Shown piece after piece: positions 1-11,847 of a stretch of DNA of 64,000 bases. Location: positions 16,182,001-16,246,000 of the forward strand of contig OZ024750.1 of the NCBI GenBank assembly GCA_964016885.1. Reading direction: 5' to 3'. Numbering within the stretch: the first letter of the stretch is position 1; every line of letters starts with the position of its first letter. The notes beneath the pieces are model-generated. The model searched no databases, was not told where the DNA came from, and saw nothing but the letters and a program-made list of their open reading frames with translations. Both the position numbers and the translations under genes were made by a program. Source of the DNA: Eledone cirrhosa (Eukaryota).

Positions 1-21
1 CTCATATTTAAGGATAAGGGG

Positions 22-193
22 CTAGCGCCGTCTGGCGGATTCCAGCAGAAGTAGCGGAGGACAACTTCCAAAGCATTTCTGGCGATGGCCGTAACCAGGA
101 CAGTGCTTCCCCCTGCACTCTGCAGGAATTTGAAATAGGTGAAAAATATATAGATTTTCGCCTATGTAAGTGGGCTGATTAACCTCATTTGCA
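22..193 (-). mobile_element. Degenerate copy of the octamer-TATA-hammerhead element (homologous to 52286-52460)
   Basis: Aligns by eye with 52286-52460 (gcgccgtct.gcgg.ttcca.cagaa ... gctgattaacctcatttgca). The hammerhead core has decayed to CUGGUUA-CGGC/GCCA-GAAA. Confidence 0.7.
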
Positions 194-230
194 CATACAT
201 ACATACATACATACATACATACATACATAC

Positions 231-695
231 ATGATGGCTGCCCCCTCGTTATCGAGTATGGCCATTGCACAATATACCATTATTAATAATTATTAATTAA
301 TTCTATCGTGCAATGCTGTGCGTGAAGATATTTTTTAAAGTGTGAAAAGACTGTGCACTGAGCCAATCCCACTCTCTGAGCGACAGTAGCTATAACCCGA
401 AAAGAAGAAAAGATCAACATCATCGGTAACTACTGAGCCGCAGGTTTTATGTCGGAGTTATCCCAGTTTCCTGAGTTGCCTTCTCCTAGAAGAATGCCCT
501 GGCAAAGGCTAGGGGTCCTTCACTCCCAGTGGTTTAACCGCGCGGTACATGTGTATATACATATTTACACACTTTCGGATGGCCGTTGACTCTTATGAGT
601 TCTTCCGCCCTTTGTCAGGTTTTGTTATTTGTCCTGCAGGGTGTCCAAAAGCACCCTCCTGACTGTGATGAGAAAGCTACTCCACTTACCGCGCC
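231..695 (-). mobile_element. RTE-derived non-autonomous retroposon, family A, in (CATA)n
   Basis: Carries the RTE 5'-UTR-like motif CTAGGAGAAGG.AAC. The 3' end TACTCGATAACGAGGGGGCAGCCATC runs into (ATGT)n. Other copies at 4959-5252, 9693-9986 and 46997-47503. Confidence 0.65.
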
Positions 696-701
696 CATAC
701 A

Positions 702-735
<34 letters not shown>

Positions 736-741
736 CATACA

Positions 742-775
<34 letters not shown>

Positions 776-799
776 CATACATACATACATACATACATA

Positions 800-1407
800 C
801 ATGGTGGCTGCCAACTCGTTTTCGAGTACGGCCACTACTTTATATCCATGTAGGAGAACCCCTACCGATGCGCTGAACGAATGTGACTTTAGTCCAGCCA
901 GCGACTTGAAAACTCTGGTACAAAGACTACACTTGTGACCATTATTGACACATAGTGCAGGGCCCATGGTACCATGTGATGACAAGTGCAGAGAGATCTC
1001 CAGATATAAAGCAATGCCTGTGCTGTGAAGCTTTTATAGTGAGCAAAGGCACTGCACAAAGCCAGTCCCACTCTCTTAACCAAGATGATATTTACCAAAA
1101 AGAAGAACAGGTCAACATCATTGGATACCATCAGGATTGCAGGTGTTATATCAGAGTTTTCCTTCTCCTAGAATTCTGCCTTGACAAAGGCTAAGGGGTC
1201 ATCTCTCCCGGTGATTTTGGATGGCTATTGACTCTTAAGAGCTCCCTTGCCCTTTGACAGGTTTTGTTTTTAGTCCTGCAGGATGTCCAAAGTCACCCTC
1301 CTCACCAAGAAACCTTGGTGGGGTTGCCAGTTTAGTCGCCAACGACCCGACCATGAGACAGGTTGTACTGGGATACATGTTACCAGTAGCACCAACTGGT
1401 GACCTGA
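800..1407 (-). mobile_element. RTE-derived non-autonomous retroposon, family B (~610 bp), in (CATA)n
   Basis: RTE-like 5'-UTR motif TCTAGGAGAAGGAAAACTCTG, a residual C-terminal C2H2 finger (C..CTRVFKSLAGLKSH) and a CTCG-AAAA-CGAG 3' hairpin followed by (ATGT)n. Seven copies in the window. Confidence 0.75.
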
Positions 1408-1454
1408 CATAACATACATACATACATACATACATACATACATACATACATACA

Positions 1455-1489
<35 letters not shown>

Positions 1490-1582
1490 GTTAAGTATTT
1501 CAGTGGAAAAATAAAGGAAAGAAGAGTGCTCTATGTGTGGTACAGAGCTATTTAATTCTGTAATAAACAACACAATATAATT

Positions 1583-1647
1583 ATTTCATTACCCAAGATT
1601 TCACGGATTCTAACAGAGGCGTCTGAATCCGTTCATCAGATAGAAAT
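1583..1647 (-). ncRNA. Type I hammerhead ribozyme
   Basis: Minus strand reads AUUUCUAU CUGAUGA ACGGAUUC(14 nt)GAAUCCGU GAAA UCUUGG GUA AUGAAAU: perfect 8-bp stem II, bulged 7-bp stem I, GUA cleavage site. Confidence 0.85.
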
Positions 1648-1665
1648 CTTTAAGATGCTTATTAC

Positions 1666-1747
<82 letters not shown>

Positions 1748-1751
<4 letters not shown>

Positions 1752-2143
1752 TAAAAGGAAAAGAAAATGCTGACAAATTGTTCCCAGTGAAAAATAGTTT
1801 AATTAGGAATAAGTAAAAATTAGTAATAGTATTAGTTAGTATTCAGTTTTGGTTTTAAGTTTTACCGGTTGCGCATTTCTAATGCTTTTCAAAAATAATT
1901 TTGAGATAGAGCGCCCGTGATATTTGCTCTAATCTGATTAGTTTTGGAAATTCTACCTGTTTTATGTAAAAAAAAGTGGCCCCAGATGTATGAAAAAATT
2001 CTACCAAAACTGAATACTAACCAATACTATTACTAATTTTTACTTATTCCTAATTAAACTATTTTTCACTGGGAACAATTTGTCAGCATTTTCTTTTCCT
2101 TTTACCAATATATCATAACTCGTGTGTTACACCTCTATTCTTT

Positions 2144-2146
<3 letters not shown>
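1748..2146. mobile_element. Penelope-like inverted pLTR remnant (arms 1748-1853 / 2003-2108, plus tail) in (TA)n
   Basis: Near-perfect ~106-bp inverted repeat. A decayed hammerhead lies on the minus strand at ~1862-1895 (UUGAAAA GCAUU-AGA-AAUGC GCAAC CG GUA). Confidence 0.7.
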
Positions 2147-2221
<75 letters not shown>

Positions 2222-2338
2222 ATAAAAACATGTGGAACATATAAAGAGCAGAGAAAATATTTGGAATTTGCTGTCTTAACGGCAAGAACTCAGTCGTCAG
2301 GCCATGTCACTCTACTATATATATATATATATATATAT

Positions 2339-3150
2339 TCATTAGTTAAGCAAAACAAGACCACAAATTTCACAAGGAAGACATTATTAAAAGATTGTCA
2401 ACATATTTTAGTTTGATGTAAGGAATGTAGAGAATAATAATAATAATATTAATAATAATAATGCCCGTTTACAATTGTTTCGCTACTCCATATAATATTT
2501 CTGGATCAAATGACTATATATCATTATTGATCTGGTTCAGTTGAAAATAATTAACATATTTAAAAACAGAGCGGCTCATCGGAACTTCAAAGGAATATAA
2601 ATTAAGATAAGGAGAGAATGTTACATAATGTAATGTTCCATATATTGGTATTTCACTATGACCCATAGACAGATCTCACACAATGCAGCCTCGACAGATG
2701 AATACTGCTTGATTATGGCTGACAATTGATACACCCAGGACACCATAGTGAAATACCAATATATGGAACATTACATTATGTAACATTCTCTCCTTATCTT
2801 AATTTATATTCCTCTGAAGTTCCGATGAGCCGCTCTGTTTTTAAATATGTTAATTATTTTCAACTGAACCAGATCAATAATGATATATAGTCATTTGATC
2901 CAGAAATATATGGAGTAGCGAAACAATTGTAAACGGACATTATTATTATTAATATTATTATTATTATTCTCTACATTCCTTACATCAAACTAAAATATGT
3001 TGACAATCTTTTAATAATGTCTTCCTTGCGAAATTTGTGGTCTTGTTTTGCTTAACTAATGAATAAACCCAGGCACCTAGCTGCTTTCTACTGCATATTG
3101 CACATTGAGCACATGCCTTTACGCTTTGGCTTCTAACTAATTCACCAATC
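2339..3150. mobile_element. Penelope-like inverted pLTR remnant (arms ~2339-2660 / 2744-3064, plus tail)
   Basis: ~320-bp near-perfect inverted repeat beginning at a (TA)n edge, with a hammerhead-like motif in each arm. Confidence 0.75.
2819..2934 (+). ncRNA. Hammerhead variant (CCGAUGA core, ~77-nt stem II insert); mirror copy at ~2467-2586 (-)
   Basis: GUU CCGAUGA GCCGCUC ... GAGUAGC GAAA CAAUUG UA AAC, with palindromic stem III ACAAUUGU. Stem I is only 3 bp. Confidence 0.6.
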
Positions 3151-3210
3151 TCTCCTCTCCTATCTCCTCTCCTATCTCCATCTCTCTCTTTAAGATTGGT
3201 TACTCTTGAA

Positions 3211-3346
<136 letters not shown>

Positions 3347-3419
3347 GCGTGTGTGTGTGTGCGTGTGTGTATATGTATACTCACCTGCACAAATATATAT
3401 ATAGTATATATATATGTAT

Positions 3420-3658
3420 AAATAAAAGGAAAGGAAATGAACCGGTCGTCGCATCAGGACAAAGAAAGCAAAGACTCCATTGGTCGTGCCATTGCTGATA
3501 ATATGAACGGGATACGGGAGTCTCTAAGCAGATGGAGTCGGAAGCCGGATCTGATATCGTCTAATTAAGGATTTTACCAATTCACCGCGAGAATACGGGA
3601 TGGATTGGATATTGTTTAGTACTTTTTATTGTTGGTTTGTTTCATTTATAATGTGTAG
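3420..3658 (+). mobile_element. 3' end of an unclassified retroposon ending in (TATG)n
   Basis: The last ~58 bp (ggattggatattgtttagtac...aatgtgtag) recur at 4806-4862 and 9559-9617, each followed by (TATG)n. Confidence 0.4.
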
Positions 3659-3693
3659 TATGCATGTATGTATGTATGTATGTATGTATGTAT

Positions 3694-4301
3694 GTCAGGT
3701 CACCAGTTGGTGCTACTGGTAACATGTATCCCAGTACAACCTGTCCCATGGTCGGGTCGTTGGCGACTAAACTGGCAACCCCACCAAGGTTTCTTGGTGA
3801 GGAGGGTGACTTTGGACATCCTGCAGGACTAAAAACAAAACCTGTCAAAGGGCAAAAGAGCTCTAAAGAGTCAATGGCCATCCAAAATCACCGGGAGAGA
3901 TGACCCCTTAGCCTTCGTCAAGGCAGAATTCTAGAAGAAGGAAAACTTTGATATAACACCTGCAACCCTGATGGTATCCAATGATGTTGACTTGTTCTTC
4001 TTTTTGGTAAATATCATCTTGGTTAAGAGAGTGGGAATGGATTTGTGCAGTGCCTTTGCTCACTATAAAAGCTTCACGGCACAGGCATTGCTTTATATCT
4101 GGAGATCTCTCTGCACTTGTCGTCACATGGTACCATGGGCCCAGCACTATGTGTCAATAATTGTCACAAGTGTAGTGTTTGTACCAGAGTTTTCAAGTCG
4201 CTGGCTGGACTAAAAAGTCGCACTCGTTCAGCGCATCGGTAGGGGTTCTCCTACATGGATATAAAGTAGTGGCCGTACTCGAAAACGAGTTGGCAGCCAC
4301 C
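3694..4301 (+). mobile_element. RTE-derived family B, full length
   Basis: Near-identical to the reverse complement of 800-1407; flanked by (TATG)n on both sides. Confidence 0.75.
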
Positions 4302-4316
4302 ATGTATGTATGTATG

Positions 4317-4698
4317 TTTTCTCTTTCTCTTAATTTTGAGTATATTTTTTTGACCGGCCACCTTCCTGGTGGCAAGGTTGTAAAAGAAAAGAAATTGTCA
4401 TCCCTTGAATCGCAAGAATGTTTTGCAAATTTTGAAGGTGCCAGCTATCGCAGCCATTTGTAGACTATGAATTAGGGAGCTGCGCTTTTTGTCCGCAAAT
4501 CCAAGTTCAGTCATACTTTGGTCCAAGCGGGTTGGTATATAACCCGTAGCACCAATAATGATGGGTATGAAGCTAAAGGTGTATCTTGGATACTGGATTT
4601 GTAAACTCCTCATCAATGGTCCGTAGATGTCCTCCTTCTCCTGTATTTTTCTGACAACGTTTACATCAAGTGGGCAGCTGATCTCCACAACAGAACAC
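4317..4698 (-). mobile_element. 5'-truncated R4/Dong-like non-LTR retrotransposon (RLE C-terminus plus 3' UTR); duplicate at 9102-9483
   Basis: Translates CSVVEISCP...KEDIY..L...IPIIIGATG, the C-terminus of a restriction-like endonuclease. 3' UTR hairpin GCCACC-AGGAA-GGTGGC; both ends abut (CATA)n. Confidence 0.8.
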
Positions 4699-4958
4699 AT
4701 GTATGTATGTATGTATGTATGTATGTATGTATGTATGTATGTATGTATGTATGTATGTATGTATTATGTATGTATGTATGTATGTATGTATGTATGTATG
4801 TATATGGATTGGATATTGTTTAGTACTTTTTATTGTTGGTTTGTTTCATTTATAATGTGTAGTATGTATGTATGTATGTATGTATGTATGTATGTATGTA
4901 TGTATGTATGTATGTATGTATGTATGTATGTATGTATGTATGCATGTATGTATGTATG

Positions 4959-5252
4959 TGAGTGAAGGATCCCTAGCCTTTGTCAGGGCATTATTCTAGG
5001 AGAAGGCACCTCAGGAAACTGAAATGACTCCGATATAAAACCTGCGGCTCTGTAGTTACCGATGATGTTGATCTTTTCTTCTTTTCGGGTTATAGCTACT
5101 GTCGCTCAGAGAGTGGGATTGGCTGAGTGCACAGTCTTTCCACACTTTAAAAAATATCTTCACGCACAACATTGCACGATAGAATTAATTAATAATTATT
5201 AATAATGGTATATTGTGCAATGGCCATACTCGATAACGAGGGGGCAGCCATC
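4959..5252 (+). mobile_element. RTE-derived family A, 5'-truncated; duplicate at 9693-9986
   Basis: Reverse complement of 231-525. Confidence 0.65.
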
Positions 5253-5291
5253 ATGTATGTATGCATGCATGTATGTATGTATGTATGTATG

Positions 5292-5805
5292 TTATATCTC
5301 TTTCTCTTAATTTCGAGTATATTTTTTTGACCGGCCACCTTCCTGGTGGCAAGGTTGTAAAAGAAAAGAAATTGTCATCCCTTGAATCGCAAGAATGTTT
5401 TGCAAATTTTGAAGGTGCCAGCTATCGCAGCCATTTGTAGACTATGAATTAGGGAGCTGCGCTTTTTGTCCGCAAATCCAAGTTCAGTCATACTTTGGTC
5501 CAAGCGGGTTGTTATATAACCCGTAGCTCCAATAATGATGGGTATGAAGCTAAAAGTGTATCTTGGATACTGGATTTGTAAACTCCTCATCAATGGTCCG
5601 TAGATGTCCTCCTTCTCCTGTATTTTTCTGACAACGTTTGCATCAAGTGGGCAGCTGATCTCCACAACAGAACACGTTTTCAATGTGTGGTCCCAAACAA
5701 CAATATCAGGCCGGTTGTGCTTTAATTTGGTGGCAGTTTTTATTTTCAGGTTCCACCAGTATTCCTTAGTGCCATCTGTCTCAATATATTCTTCCTCGTT
5801 TGTTG
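5292..5805 (-). mobile_element. 5'-truncated R4/Dong-like element; duplicate at 10026-10539
   Basis: Translates [35 protein letters not shown], the PD-(D/E)xK RLE motif of R4-clade ORFs. Confidence 0.85.
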
Positions 5806-5853
5806 TATGTATGTATGTATGTATGTATGTATGTATGTATGTATGTATGTATG

Positions 5854-5884
<31 letters not shown>

Positions 5885-6434
5885 GTATGTATGTTTGTAT
5901 GTATGTATGTATGTATGTTTGTATGTATGTATGTATGTATGTATATATGTATGTATGTAAGTATGTATGTATGTATGTATGTATGTTTGTATGTATGTAT
6001 GTAAGTATGTTTGTATGTATGTTTGTATGTATGTATGTTTGTATGTATGTATGTATGTATGTATGTATGTATGTATGTATGCATGCATGTATGTATGTAT
6101 GTATGTATGTATGTATGTATGTATGCATGTATGCATGTATGCATGTATGTATGTATGTATGTAAGTATGTATGTATGTATGTATGTATGTATGTTTGTAT
6201 GTATGTATGTAAGTATGTTTGTATGTATGTTTGTATGTATGTATGTATGTATGTATGTATGCATGTATGTATGTATGTATGTATGTATGTATGTATGTAT
6301 GTATGTATGCATGTATGTACGTATGTATGTATGTATGTATGTATGTAAGTATGTATGTATGCATGTATGCATGTATGCATGTATGTATGTATGTATGTAT
6401 GTATGTATGTATGTATGTATGTATGCATGTATGA

Positions 6435-6508
6435 AACTCAGTTTCAGAAGATCCCGTTAAGGGTGAAAGCAGAGATTCTTTGCTTAAACTTTAATCTGTT
6501 ATTTTAAT
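6435..6508 (+). mobile_element. pLTR-like fragment with a hammerhead-like CAGAAGA-UCCC/GGGU-GAAA motif; family also at 11193-11265, 24450-24660 and 51405-51612
   Basis: Four similar copies; palindromic at 24540-24660 and at 51486-51612 (centre 51549). Confidence 0.55.
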
Positions 6509-6525
6509 ATATATATATATATATA

Positions 6526-6937
6526 TAGGAACCAGTAAGACCCCGACAGCTGAGCTCAAGCCGTTTCGACGGCTAATTCTGGACCAGAATTAGCCGTCGA
6601 AACGGCTTGAGCTCAGCTGTCGGGGTCTTACTGGTTCCTATTACCCACTCTACTACCTCAAGTATTGAGTACTTTGGTGCGTTATGGTCCACCTGGTTCC
6701 TTACCACATTTCCTTCGTTATATATATATATATATATATATATAGGAACGAGTAGGACCCCGACGGCTGAGCTCAAGCCGTTTCGACGGCTAATTCTGGA
6801 CTCAGAATTAGCCGTCGAAACGGCTTGAGCTCAGCCGTCGGGGTCCTACTCGTTCCTATTACCCACTCTACTACCCTAAGTATTGAGTACTTTGGTGCGT
6901 TATGGTCCACCTGGTTCCTTACCACATTTCCTTCGTT
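6526..6937 (+). mobile_element. Two tandem palindrome-plus-tail elements (6526-6719, 6743-6937) in (TA)n; also 11314-11508, 29621-29812 and 30905-31040
   Basis: 57-bp perfect arms around position 6583, then a ~80-bp tail containing ACTC...TTGAGTACT. Confidence 0.7.
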
Positions 6938-6947
6938 ATATATATAC

Positions 6948-6987
<40 letters not shown>

Positions 6988-7204
6988 ATGCGTGTGTGTG
7001 GTAGCACTTATAAAGCATTAGTAAATGAGTTAAATCGATTTTATGGTAGAAGACATTTGCCCAAATTGTCGGAGTCGCGCTGTGGGCTTGAAACCGGAAC
7101 CACGGCATTGCGAAGTGAACATCTAGTGAAACATTTCTCTATCCTCCTACACCTACACAACACTCAAATATATATCCTGCTGCATTTCAGTTATTTGTCC
7201 ACTG

Positions 7205-7274
<70 letters not shown>

Positions 7275-7954
7275 GCACGCACGCACGCACGCACGCACAC
7301 ACACACGTATGTATGTATGAATGCAAGCATGCATGTATATATTATGTTTGTAAGTACATATGTATGTATGCATTTATGTATGTAAGTATGTATGAATGTC
7401 TGTATGTATGTATGTATGTATGTATGAATGTCTGTATGTATGTTTGTGTGTAAGTATGTATGTATGTTTGTATGTATGTATGTATGTATGTATGAATGTC
7501 TGTATGTTTGTATGTATGTATGAATGTATGTTTGTATGTATGTTTGTATGTATGTAAGTATGTATGTTTGTATGTATGTATGATGTATGTCTGTATGTTT
7601 GTCTGTATATATGTTTGTATGTATGTTTGTATGTATGTCTGTATGTATGTTTGTATGTAAATATGTATGAATGTCTGTATGTATGTATGTATGTTTGTAT
7701 GTATGTCTGTATGTATGTTTGTATGTATGTAAGTATGTATGAATGTCTGTATGTATGTTTGTATGTAAGTATGTATGAATGTCTGTCTGTATGTATGTAT
7801 GTATGTTTGTATGGAAGTATGTATGTTTGTATGTATGTTTGTATGTATGTATGTTTGTATGTATGTATGTATGTATGTATGTATGTATGTATGTATGTTT
7901 GTATGTATGAATGTCTGTATGTATGTTTGTGTGTAAGTATGTATGTATGTATGT

Positions 7955-8417
7955 TTCAAAAGGCAAAGGGGCTCTTAAGAGTCAATGGCCATCCAAAATC
8001 ACCGGGAGAGATGACCCCTTAGCCTTTGTCAAGGCAGAATTCTAGGAGAAGGAAAACTCTGATATAACACCTGCAACCCTGATGGTATCCAATGATGTTG
8101 AATTGTTCTTCTTTTTGGTAAATATCATCTTGGTTAAGAGAGTGTAACTGGCTTTGTGCAGTGCCTTTGCTCACTATAAAAGCTTCACAGCACAGGCATT
8201 GCTTTATATCTGGAGATCTCTCTGCACTTGTCGTCACATGGTACCATGGGCCCAGCACTGTGTCAATAATTGTCACAAGTGTAGTGTTTGTACCAGAGTT
8301 TTCAAGTCGCTGGCTGGACTAAAAAGTCACATTCGTTCAGCGCATTGGTAGGGGTTCTCCTACATGGATATAAAGTAGTGGCCGTACTCGAAAACGAGTT
8401 GGCAGCCACAGCCACCA
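7955..8417 (+). mobile_element. RTE-derived family B, 5'-truncated; also 8629-9087 and 12528-12990
   Basis: Matches 3694-4301; keeps the C2H2 remnant CSVCTRVFKSLAGLKSHIRSAH. Confidence 0.75.
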
Positions 8418-10555
8418 TGTATGTATGTATGTATGTATGTATGTATGTATGTATGTATGTATGTATGTATGTATGTTTGTATGTATGTAAGTATGTATGA
8501 ATGTCTGTATGTATGTTTGTGTGTATGAATGTCTGTATGTATGTTTGTGTGTAAGTATGTATGTATGTATGTATGTATGTATGTATGTATGTATGTATGT
8601 TTGTGTGTAAGTATGTATGTATGTATGTTTCAAAAGGCAAAGGGGCTCTTAAGAGTCAATGGCCATCCAAAATCACCGGGAGAGATGACCCCTTAGCCTT
8701 CGTCAAGGCAGAATTCTAGAAGAAGGAAAACTTTGATATAACACCTGCAACCCTGATGGTATCCAATGATGTTGACTTGTTCTTCTTTTTGGTAAATATC
8801 ATCTTGGTTAAGAGAGTGGGAATGGATTTGTGCAGTGCCTTTGCTCACTATAAAAGCTTCACGGCACAGGCATTGCTTTATATCTGGAGATCTCTCTGCA
8901 CTTGTCGTCACATGGTACCATGGGCCCAGCACTATGTGTCAATAATTGTCACAGGTGTAGTGTTTGTACCAGACTTTTCAAGTTGCTGGCTGGACTAAAA
9001 AGTCGCACTCGTTCAGCGCATCGGTAGGGGTTCTCCTACATGGATATAAAGTAGTGGCCGTACTCGAAAACGAGTTGGCAGCCACCATGTATGTATGTAT
9101 GTTTTCTCTTTCTCTTAATTTTGAGTATATTTTTTTGACCGGCCACCTTCCTGGTGGCAAGGTTGTAAAAGAAAAGAAATTGTCATCCCTTGAATCGCAA
9201 GAATGTTTTGCAAATTTTGAAGGTGCCAGCTATCGCAGCCATTTGTAGACTATGAATTAGGGAGCTGCGCTTTTTGTCCGCAAATCCAAGTTCAGTCATA
9301 CTTTGGTCCAAGCGGGTTGGTATATAACCCGTAGCACCAATAATGATGGGTATGAAGCTAAAGGTGTATCTTGGATACTGGATTTGTAAACGCCTCATCA
9401 ATGGTCCGTAGATGTCCTCCTTCTCCTGTATTTTTCTGACAACGTTTACATCAAGTGGGCAGCTGATCTCCACAACAGAACACATGTATGTATGTATGTA
9501 TGTATGTATGTATGTATGTATGTATGTATGTATGTATGTATGTATGTATGTATGTATATGGATTGGATATTGTTTAGTACTTTTTATTGTTGGTTTGTTT
9601 CATTTATAATGTGTAGTATGTATGTATGTATGTATGTATGTATGTATGTATGTATGTATGTATGTATGTATGTATGCATGTATGTATGTATGTGAGTGAA
9701 GGATCCCTAGCCTTTGTCAGGGCATTCTTCTAGGAGAAGGCATCTCAGGAAACTGAAATGACTCCGATATAAAACCTGCGGCTCTGTAGTTACCGATGAT
9801 GTTGATCTTTTCTTCTTTTCGGGTTATAGCTACTGTCACTCAGAGAGTGGGATTGGCTCAGTGCACAGTCTTTCCACACTTTAAAAAATATCTTCACGCA
9901 CAACATTGCACGATAGAATTAATTAATAATTATTAATAATGGTATATTGTGCAATGGCCATACTCGATAACGAGGGGGCAGCCATCATGTATGTATGCAT
10001 GCATGTATGTATGTAAGTATGTATGTTATATCTCTTTCTCTTAATTTCGAGTATATTTTTTTGACCGGCCACCTTCCTGGTGGCAAGGTTGTAAAAGAAA
10101 AGAAATTGTCATCCCTTGAATCGCAAGAATGTTTTGCAAATTTTGAAGGTGCCAGCTATCGCAGCCATTTGTAGACTATGAATTAGGGAGCTGCGCTTTT
10201 TGTCCGCAAATCCAAGTTCAGTCATACTTTGGTCCAAGCGGGTTGTTATATAACCCGTAGCTCCAATAATGATGGGTATGAAGCTAAAAGTGTATCTTGG
10301 ATACTGGATTTGTAAACTCCTCATCAATGGTCCGTAGATGTCCTCCTTCTCCTGTATTTTTCTGACAACGTTTGCATCAAGTGGGCAGCTGATCTCCACA
10401 ACAGAACACGTTTTCAATGTGTGGTCCCAAACAACAATATCAGGCCGGTTGTGCTTTAATTTGGTGGCAGTTTTTATTTTCAGGTTCCACCAGTATTCCT
10501 TAGTGCCATCTGTCTCAATATATTCTTCCTCGTTTGTTGTATGTATGTATGTATG

Positions 10556-10586
<31 letters not shown>

Positions 10587-11083
10587 GTATGTATGTTTGT
10601 ATGTATGTATGTATGTATGTATGTTTGTATGTATGTATGTATGTATGTATATATGTATGTATGTAAGTATGTATGTATGTATGTATGTATGTATGTTTGT
10701 ATGTATGTATGTAAGTATGTTTGTATGTATGTTTGTATGTATGTTTGTATGTATGTATGTTTGTATGTATGTATGTATGTATGTATGTATGTATGTATGT
10801 ATGTATGTATGCATGCATGCATGTATGTATGTATGTATGTATGTATGTATGTATGTATGTATGTATGCATGTATGCATGTATGCATGTATGTATGTATGT
10901 ATGTATGTATGTAAGTATGTATGTATGTATGTATGTATGTATGTTTGTATGTATGTATGTAAGTATGTTTGTATGTATGTTTGTATGTATGTATGTTTGT
11001 ATGTATGTATGCATGTATGTATGTATGTATGTATGTATGTATGTATGTATGTATGTATGTATGTATGTATGCATGCATGTATG

Positions 11084-11114
<31 letters not shown>

Positions 11115-11259
11115 GTATGTATGTATGCATGTATGCATGTATGCATGTATGTATGTATGCATGTATGTATGTATGTATGTATGCATGTATGAAACTCAGT
11201 TTCAGAAGATCCCGTTAAGGGTGAAAGCAGAGATTCTTTGCTTAAACTTTAATCTGTTA

Positions 11260-11317
<58 letters not shown>

Positions 11318-11518
11318 AACGAGTAGGACCCCGACGGCTGAGCTCAAGCCGTTTCGACGGCTAATTCTGGACTCAGAATTAGCCGTCGAAACGGCTTGAG
11401 CTCAGCCGTCGGGGTCCTACTCGTTCCTATTACCCACTCTACTACCCTAAGTATTGAGTACTTTGGTGCGTTATGGTCCACCTGGTTCCTTACCACATTT
11501 CCTTCGTTATATATATAC

Positions 11519-11568
<50 letters not shown>

Positions 11569-11785
11569 ATGCGTGTGTGTGGTAGCACTTATAAAGCATT
11601 AGTAAATGAGTTAAATCGATTTTATGGTAGAAGACATTTGCCCAAATTGTCGGAGTCGCGCTGTGGGCTTGAAACCGGAACCACGGCATTGCGAAGTGAA
11701 CATCTAGTGAAACATTTCTCTATCCTCCTACACCTACACAACACTCAAATATATATCCTGCTGCATTTCAGTTATTTGTCCACTG

Positions 11786-11847
<62 letters not shown>

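Noticed and set aside
2295-2301. Isolated CUGANGA motifs (2295 -, 34924 -, 54337 -, 58238 +)
   Set aside because: No properly placed stem II, GAAA, NUH or stem I.
3697-3830. HDV-like or twister ribozyme call for the family B 5' end
   Set aside because: CUAA plus a P2-like pairing and GUCCC/GAGGG are present, but P1/P3 (HDV) or UAA-P2-GCC (twister) could not be fitted. Kept only as a candidate.
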